A stretch of DNA of 64,000 nt from Neocallimastix sp. 'constans' (Eukaryota), in assembly GCA_050613775.1 (NCBI GenBank), contig JBODTK010000013.1, positions 744,001 through 808,000 of the forward strand. The letters are read 5' to 3'. This document shows positions 58,202 to 64,000 of this stretch, one piece after another. The notes beneath the pieces were generated by a model. That model was not told the DNA's origin. It saw nothing but the letters and a program-made list of their open reading frames with translations, and searched no databases. The position numbers were made by a program, and so were the translations under genes. How positions within the stretch are numbered: position 1 is the stretch's first letter; every line of letters begins with the position of its first letter.

Positions 58202-59865
58202 CTTTTGGTATTGAAAAGTGTGCAACTATGGTTATAAAACCAATGAACTTCCAACCTCCTCCAAACTATAGTGATCCAAACTTCTATTTAGGAAAGAATG
58301 ATATTCCTAAAGTTTCTAGTTATGTCTATCTTGGTATTCCTTTTTCAGATGATCTCCTACTAGAACACATTATATCTCACATGCATTTTAAAGTTAGAAA
58401 ATCCCTTCTTTCATTTACACGTTTCTTTTCAAATAAACTTATTCCTATTGTATACAAGAAAAAAGTTCTTCAATCCTTTGTTATTAGTAAAGTAATTTAT
58501 TATTCTCCTTTACTTGGTTCAAACAAATCTAGAACGGCTAGAATTCAAACATTAATTAACACTGGTCTATTTTGGTGTATCGGTTCCTTCTCTAAAAATG
58601 GTAAAACAAATACAGAAAACAATGACTATATTAGACATAATTCAACAATGAGTACTTATGCTTTATCTCGAGATCTAAGCATCCCTCCTATTGCTGGTAT
58701 CTGCGCAGCCTTACAGATTAAATCATTTGCAAAATGGAGTAAATCAAACTATATCATAAAGGATCTTATTAAATCTATTCCCAAAATGCCTTATTATTCC
58801 TGGACTAAAGAATCTAGAACACTATATAAAAAAATCAAAAAATATAAATGTGTATAATATGACGATATTATAGAACGTTACTGGAAATCAGTTTCCAGAT
58901 TTCAAGGTATTAAAGGTCAAAACTACGATAGTAACAAGTTCTCAAACAATAAAGCTATAATAATGCTTAGCTTAAAATATCCCCAATTCAACTTAGGATT
59001 TTCGTGGATTATACGTTTACGCTGTGGTTATAAATACAATACTACTATTGCTATTAGAATGGGTAGAGTTTCAGAAGATTGTCCAAAGTCCTGCCCATGT
59101 TGTGGTGAAGGTAATCAATCTTTTGAACATTGGATTTTTAAATGCGATGCTCTTGCATCTTTTAGATGGAATTCTTTAAATTTCATCGATGATCTCTATG
59201 TTTTATTCCTTAGGAAGATTAGAGCGTTTAATCCTCTTTCTTCATATGACTCTATTTCTGATTTTGAAGATTATATCAATCATTATATATACTTTTTCCT
59301 TCTTGGTGGGACTTTAGTTTTAAATGAACTACATTTCGATAGTGGGGAACAGAGACATTTAAATGAACTACTTTTCAAAGGTTCATCTGAGTCACCTGTT
59401 CCAAAAATTGTGGGCTTGGCGGAATTCTTAACAAATGCAATACCTATCATAAGTAGTTCGTTTGAGCTATTATTTGATAGGTATTGCAAAATATCAAACT
59501 TAACCAAGAGCGTCGACGTCGTACTGATAAGGCATAATGAAAATACAGGATTATCATCTATTACTACGAAGGGTGATTCTCGCCCTAGTAGCTCAATAAA
59601 TGATGAATCCGGGGAGAGTTTAGTGGACACCACACTATCTATTTTAAGGATGTTACTTCTAAATTTTATTTCTTTTTTATTTGATAGGAAGGGTAAAATT
59701 CCCGCATAGTACAACTTGCCGAAATACATAGTATTTTCGAGCTTTTTTATTTTTTTATTTTTTATTTTTTAATTTTTTATTTTTAATTTCTAATGTACTT
59801 TTCACCTACATGTATTTTTTAAAATAAAATTTAATAAAGTTTTTGGAAGTGTATTCTCTTCCCTG

Positions 59866-59917
<52 letters not shown>
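58202..59917 (+). mobile_element. 5'-truncated non-LTR retrotransposon (LINE): RT C-terminus, CCHC zinc knuckle, 3' UTR hairpin and poly(A)
   Basis: FGIEKCATM...IPKVSSYVYLGIPF (late RT motifs) and CPCCGEGNQSFEHWIFKC. ORFs 58228-58857 and 58963-59709 are in one frame, separated by a single TAA. 3' AATAAA, hairpin and long poly(A). Possible low-complexity TSD ATATATATAAAAAAA at ~58187 and ~59917. Confidence 0.9.
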
Positions 59918-59953
<36 letters not shown>

Positions 59954-60078
59954 CATAATTTTGTAGATGTATTTTTTCTATAGTATTATTTAAGCTCATG
60001 TAGTTATTGTGAAATGGAAATGTAGGAGATTGATTAAAATTATTTTTTAAAATTAAAACTATTTGTTAACTATTTGAT

Positions 60079-60112
<34 letters not shown>

Positions 60113-60147
60113 CAATTAGGTTAAAAATCCAAGTGAAACAAATACAA

Positions 60148-60205
<58 letters not shown>

Positions 60206-60210
<5 letters not shown>

Positions 60211-61360
60211 AGCATTTGAAACCTATACAATCCAAATTAAACAGTAATTTAAATGCCAAATTAAATTTGTACTTTCGATTTCTTATTAATAAATCTATTT
60301 CTCTCCCATTGAAGAAATATGTTTTAATTTCGTTTATTCTTAATCTTGTTTTATATTATGCTCCTCTATTTGGTTTAAATAAGAACAGATGCTCTAAAGC
60401 TCAAAAAATTATTAATAGAGGACTTTGTTGGAGTTATGGATTTAAATCTCGTAATTATGTTAGTCTCTATGATATTACTTGTGAATTGAGAATACCTCCT
60501 TTTTAAGCTGTCTATGCTATATCTCAATTACGCTGCTTTAGAAAATGGAAAGAGATGTCTTTAAACCCTCAAAAGCTAAAAAAGCAATTTTTTACAAGGA
60601 GGATGATTTTGGATTTATTTCAGAAATCAAAAAACTTAAAATTTCAATATCCTAAGTATCAGCTGAGATTCTTTTGGATTTCTCGAATTAGGTGTGGTTT
60701 TAAATTCGACATTAGTATTTCCATTAAAAGAAAAATCATCTCAGAAGATTGCCCTAAATGTTGCCCTTTTTGTAGTGTTAGTGTACCTAGCTTTTCTCAC
60801 TGGATCTTTGCCTGTAAAAAATTGGAAAATTGCAACAATAAATCTTTACCTTTTCTAGGTGATCTCTTTTTGAAGTTTGCAATGATAATTGAACAAAAAT
60901 CATTGGACGTTTCTTTAGATTCAGAAAAGGATTATGATAATAATATTTATTAATATATATTGAGTGCTTTTCTTGGTGGGCGTTCAATATATTCAAAAAT
61001 TAAAGTTAATGATGGGGAACAAAGACAATTCGTTGACAATATTTTTAAACAAAGTTCAACTTCGTCAACTGTTCCGTATTTTGTGGGGATTGCGAAGTTT
61101 TTAACAAACGCAATACCTTTAATTTGTTGATCTTTTAAATTGATGATGAAATGGTATTCCGTTGAATCTATTGAATCTACCGTTGCCAAGAGCGTCGACG
61201 TCGAAATGATAAGGCATTGGATTTTCACCTCCCGGTGAAATGACAGATACAGATTCGGTTGATAACACTAATACAGAAATTATTACTTTGCAATAATGGA
61301 CGTGGTGTTATCATTGAGGAATGGGAAAAGTTAGAGGCTATTGCTTCTAACGCACTTTTA
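60206..61360 (+). mobile_element. Second, more degraded LINE fragment from a related subfamily
   Basis: Parallels the first copy: KKYVLISFILNLVLYYAPLFG, LRIPP, KYQLRFFWISRIRCGFKF, SEDCPKCCPFC...FSHWIFAC, VPYFVGIAKFLTNAIP, KSVDVEMIRH. Contains stops, frameshifts and an internal deletion. Confidence 0.88.
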
Positions 61361-61429
61361 TAATTTTATAGTATATAATATTTTATTTCATATATTTTAT
61401 TTTTTTTTTTTATTAAAATCATGTAATTT

Positions 61430-62100
61430 TAATTCATCTAATGAATATAAAACTTTTCGTTTCTTCACTATGTTCTGGTTTATTTTGTAATTTTGTCTCC
61501 TTATTGAATTCTGTAAAATAACGAGTTAAGATTATTATCTAAATACTGCTTAAAGTTATCGTTTTCAATTTCTAATATCTTTATTTTCATTTCAATTTCA
61601 TATAGTCTGGATGGGGGCCTTGTTTCTGAAAATCTTTCTTTTAATTCATTTATCATTAAGTATGCATTTGGGCAATTATTGAATAGACTTTTTTGTATAT
61701 ACTTCGAGGCTGTTCAATATTATAATCCTGGTAATACTATTCATAAATGATTTTATTTTTTTTTTTTTTATTTTTATTTTTATTTTTTTTTTTTTTTTGT
61801 TATTTAGGTTTATATCTTTAATATTCTTTGATATATATATATATATAATCATCTAATTCTTTAGAATCAAGGAATTAATTAAAAGTCTGAATACTATTTG
61901 TGAAAGTTTTCATTTGTAATTTTTAAAGTTCTAAATATGAAATTTATTATAAGTATTTGTTTGAATTATTTGAAGGTTCTACTTCAATAGGAACTTCATT
62001 CATTGTTGTGCTTGATGTATTTGTTGTCTTTATTGTCTTTATTGTCTTTGCTATCTTTATTGTCTGTTGTTGAAGTTTTTTGAAGAACTTCCTATAGTTG
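61430..62100 (-). mobile_element. Decayed Ty1/copia-type gag remnant
   Basis: Manual minus-strand translation across frameshifts gives LKITNENFHK*YSDF..LDSKELDDYI, then RIIILNSLEVYTKKSIQ/NCPNAYLMINELKERFSETRPPSRLYEIEMKIKILEIENDNFKQYLD, matching the copia gag N-terminal/UBN2 pattern. Confidence 0.6.
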
Positions 62101-62463
62101 TTGAATTTTTTTTTTTTTTTTTTTTTACATTTAAGAAAGACCTTCTTAACCTTTAAGAATATGTCATTAACATTTTTAAATTTTTTACCAATAACGTTTA
62201 AACTACTATAGAAAATAATTATAAATAAACGTTAACACACCATTTTTTTACACCATTGCATAAAAATTATTTTACACTTAATAATGTTTTTAATTATATT
62301 GTACATTATTATACTAAATTAATTATTAACTGTGATGTGATATTTATCAAATACACTAATATAATATATATATATATATATATTTATATATTTTTATATC
62401 CTATTGTTATGGCTTTCAAGAAAAAAATTTTTTTTTTTTTTTTTTTTTTTATTTCTTTATATA

Positions 62464-62531
<68 letters not shown>

Positions 62532-62828
62532 GAAAGACTTAATTTATTTGTTTTATTTTATTTTTTATTGTATTTATTTCTTTTTAAATTAAATTACATA
62601 AAATACATCATATATAAATAAAAAATAATAATAATAAATAATAATAATAACAAAATATATATATATATATATAACGTTTATAGGAATAAAATGAAAATTT
62701 AACAACAAAAAAAAAAAAATAATAATAATAAAAAAAAAAAAATAAATAAAATAAAATATATAAAAATAAAATAATAAAAAGAATAAAAGAAAAAAAAATA
62801 TTATAATTTTTGAATATCAAAAATTAAA

Positions 62829-62883
<55 letters not shown>

Positions 62884-63175
62884 TTTTTTTCTTTCTTTCT
62901 TTCTTTAATAAGTTTAAATGAATTAAATTTTGATTCTAATATATCTAATATATATATATAAATATTATAATAATTGAATAATAATATATTAATAAAATTT
63001 TAAATATAAATATAAATATAAAAAAAAAAAAATAAAATAAAATAAAAAACTATCTTAAATTAATTATCATAGAATTAAAGGTGAGTATAAAAAAAATAAA
63101 ATAAAAATAAAAATAAAAAAGTTTTTTTTTTTTTTTTTTTTTTTTTATATATGTTAATCCCCAATCTTACAAAAT

Positions 63176-63275
63176 TCATTTAATTAAACCATTATATAAA
63201 TAAGTATATACTAGAGGTCTCCATACTATGTATATGTATTATAAAAAATAAAAAAATATTAAATAAATATAATTA

Positions 63276-63327
<52 letters not shown>

Positions 63328-63767
63328 TTTTTTTTTTTTACCTTGAACACATGAATCTCTTATGTTATTAATACCAGGTTTATCTACACTTGCAATGGTA
63401 CCCTCTTGTTCTTTATGAGGATTCCACTCAAAATCAACTTTTACAGGTCGATTACTTTGACTTTATATATATATATATTTTTTATTATAATAATTTTAAA
63501 GGATAAAATAATTAATAAATATATAATATATATAATATATATAATAATGATAATAAATACTATAATAATAATAATTTATATTTATATTTACTGTTCATTA
63601 TTTATCATTAATGGTTTATTTTCTGATAATGAATTCATTGACCATATAGATATAATACCATTTTTTGAACTACAACAAAACGTATTACTCAAATGTGGAC
63701 ACCATCTTAATTTATTAATCCCATTTGAATAATAACATGAAGATATTAATTCTGCACTCTTTAAATT

Positions 63768-63802
<35 letters not shown>

Positions 63803-63883
63803 CATTAATAATCAATAATCAATAGATAATAATAAACAATAAACAATAATAAACAATAAATAAATAATAATAATAATAATAAT

Positions 63884-63927
<44 letters not shown>

Positions 63928-64000
63928 AAAATTTATAATTCATAAATATTAATATACTTACAGGATTTCTTAAATCCCAAATTTTTATGAAATTATCATC
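63176..64000 (-). CDS. 3' part of a WD40-repeat protein resembling the RBBP4/Msi1/Hat2 histone-binding family; 5' end lies outside the window
   Basis: Exons give DDNFIKIWDLRNP | SAELISSCYYSNGINKLRWCPHLSNTFCCSSKNGIISIWSM...| VDFEWNPHKEQEGTIASVD...SCVQ | VWRPLVYTYLYNGLIK*, comparable to the WSPH...DFSWNP...QVW C-terminus of RBBP4. Confidence 0.75.

Noticed and set aside
59519..59550. CTGATAAG...GAAA resembling a hammerhead ribozyme core
   Set aside because: No stem II can form between the two core segments, and the C of CTGA is not kept in the second LINE copy.

Overview
Extremely AT-rich, intron-containing eukaryotic DNA with long homopolymer and microsatellite tracts. Composition, intron style and gene content suggest an anaerobic gut fungus (Neocallimastigomycota); this is inference. 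Ten spliced protein genes can be traced: a partial single-pass membrane protein, an ankyrin-repeat RasGEF, a calmodulin-like or myosin light-chain protein lying head-to-head with a myosin II heavy chain, a large nuclear protein that appears to fuse a BOD1/Shg1 (COMPASS) domain to an Sgf29-type tandem Tudor domain, the PKA regulatory subunit, aspartate aminotransferase, a probably GPI-anchored PI-PLC-like phosphodiesterase, an NADP-dependent enone reductase (PTGR1/YncB family) and a partial RBBP4/Msi1-like WD40 protein. Mobile DNA comprises a decayed Mutator (MULE) transposase inside foldback-like inverted repeat arrays, two 5'-truncated LINEs, several tiny hairpin+poly(A) retro-insertions matching the LINE 3' tail, and a decayed copia gag. 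The best leads are the Shg1/BOD1-Sgf29 Tudor fusion, the LINE 3' hairpin family with an invariant CpG-rich 14-mer, a U1-snRNA-like structured island and the foldback-like element. All exon boundaries were read by eye.
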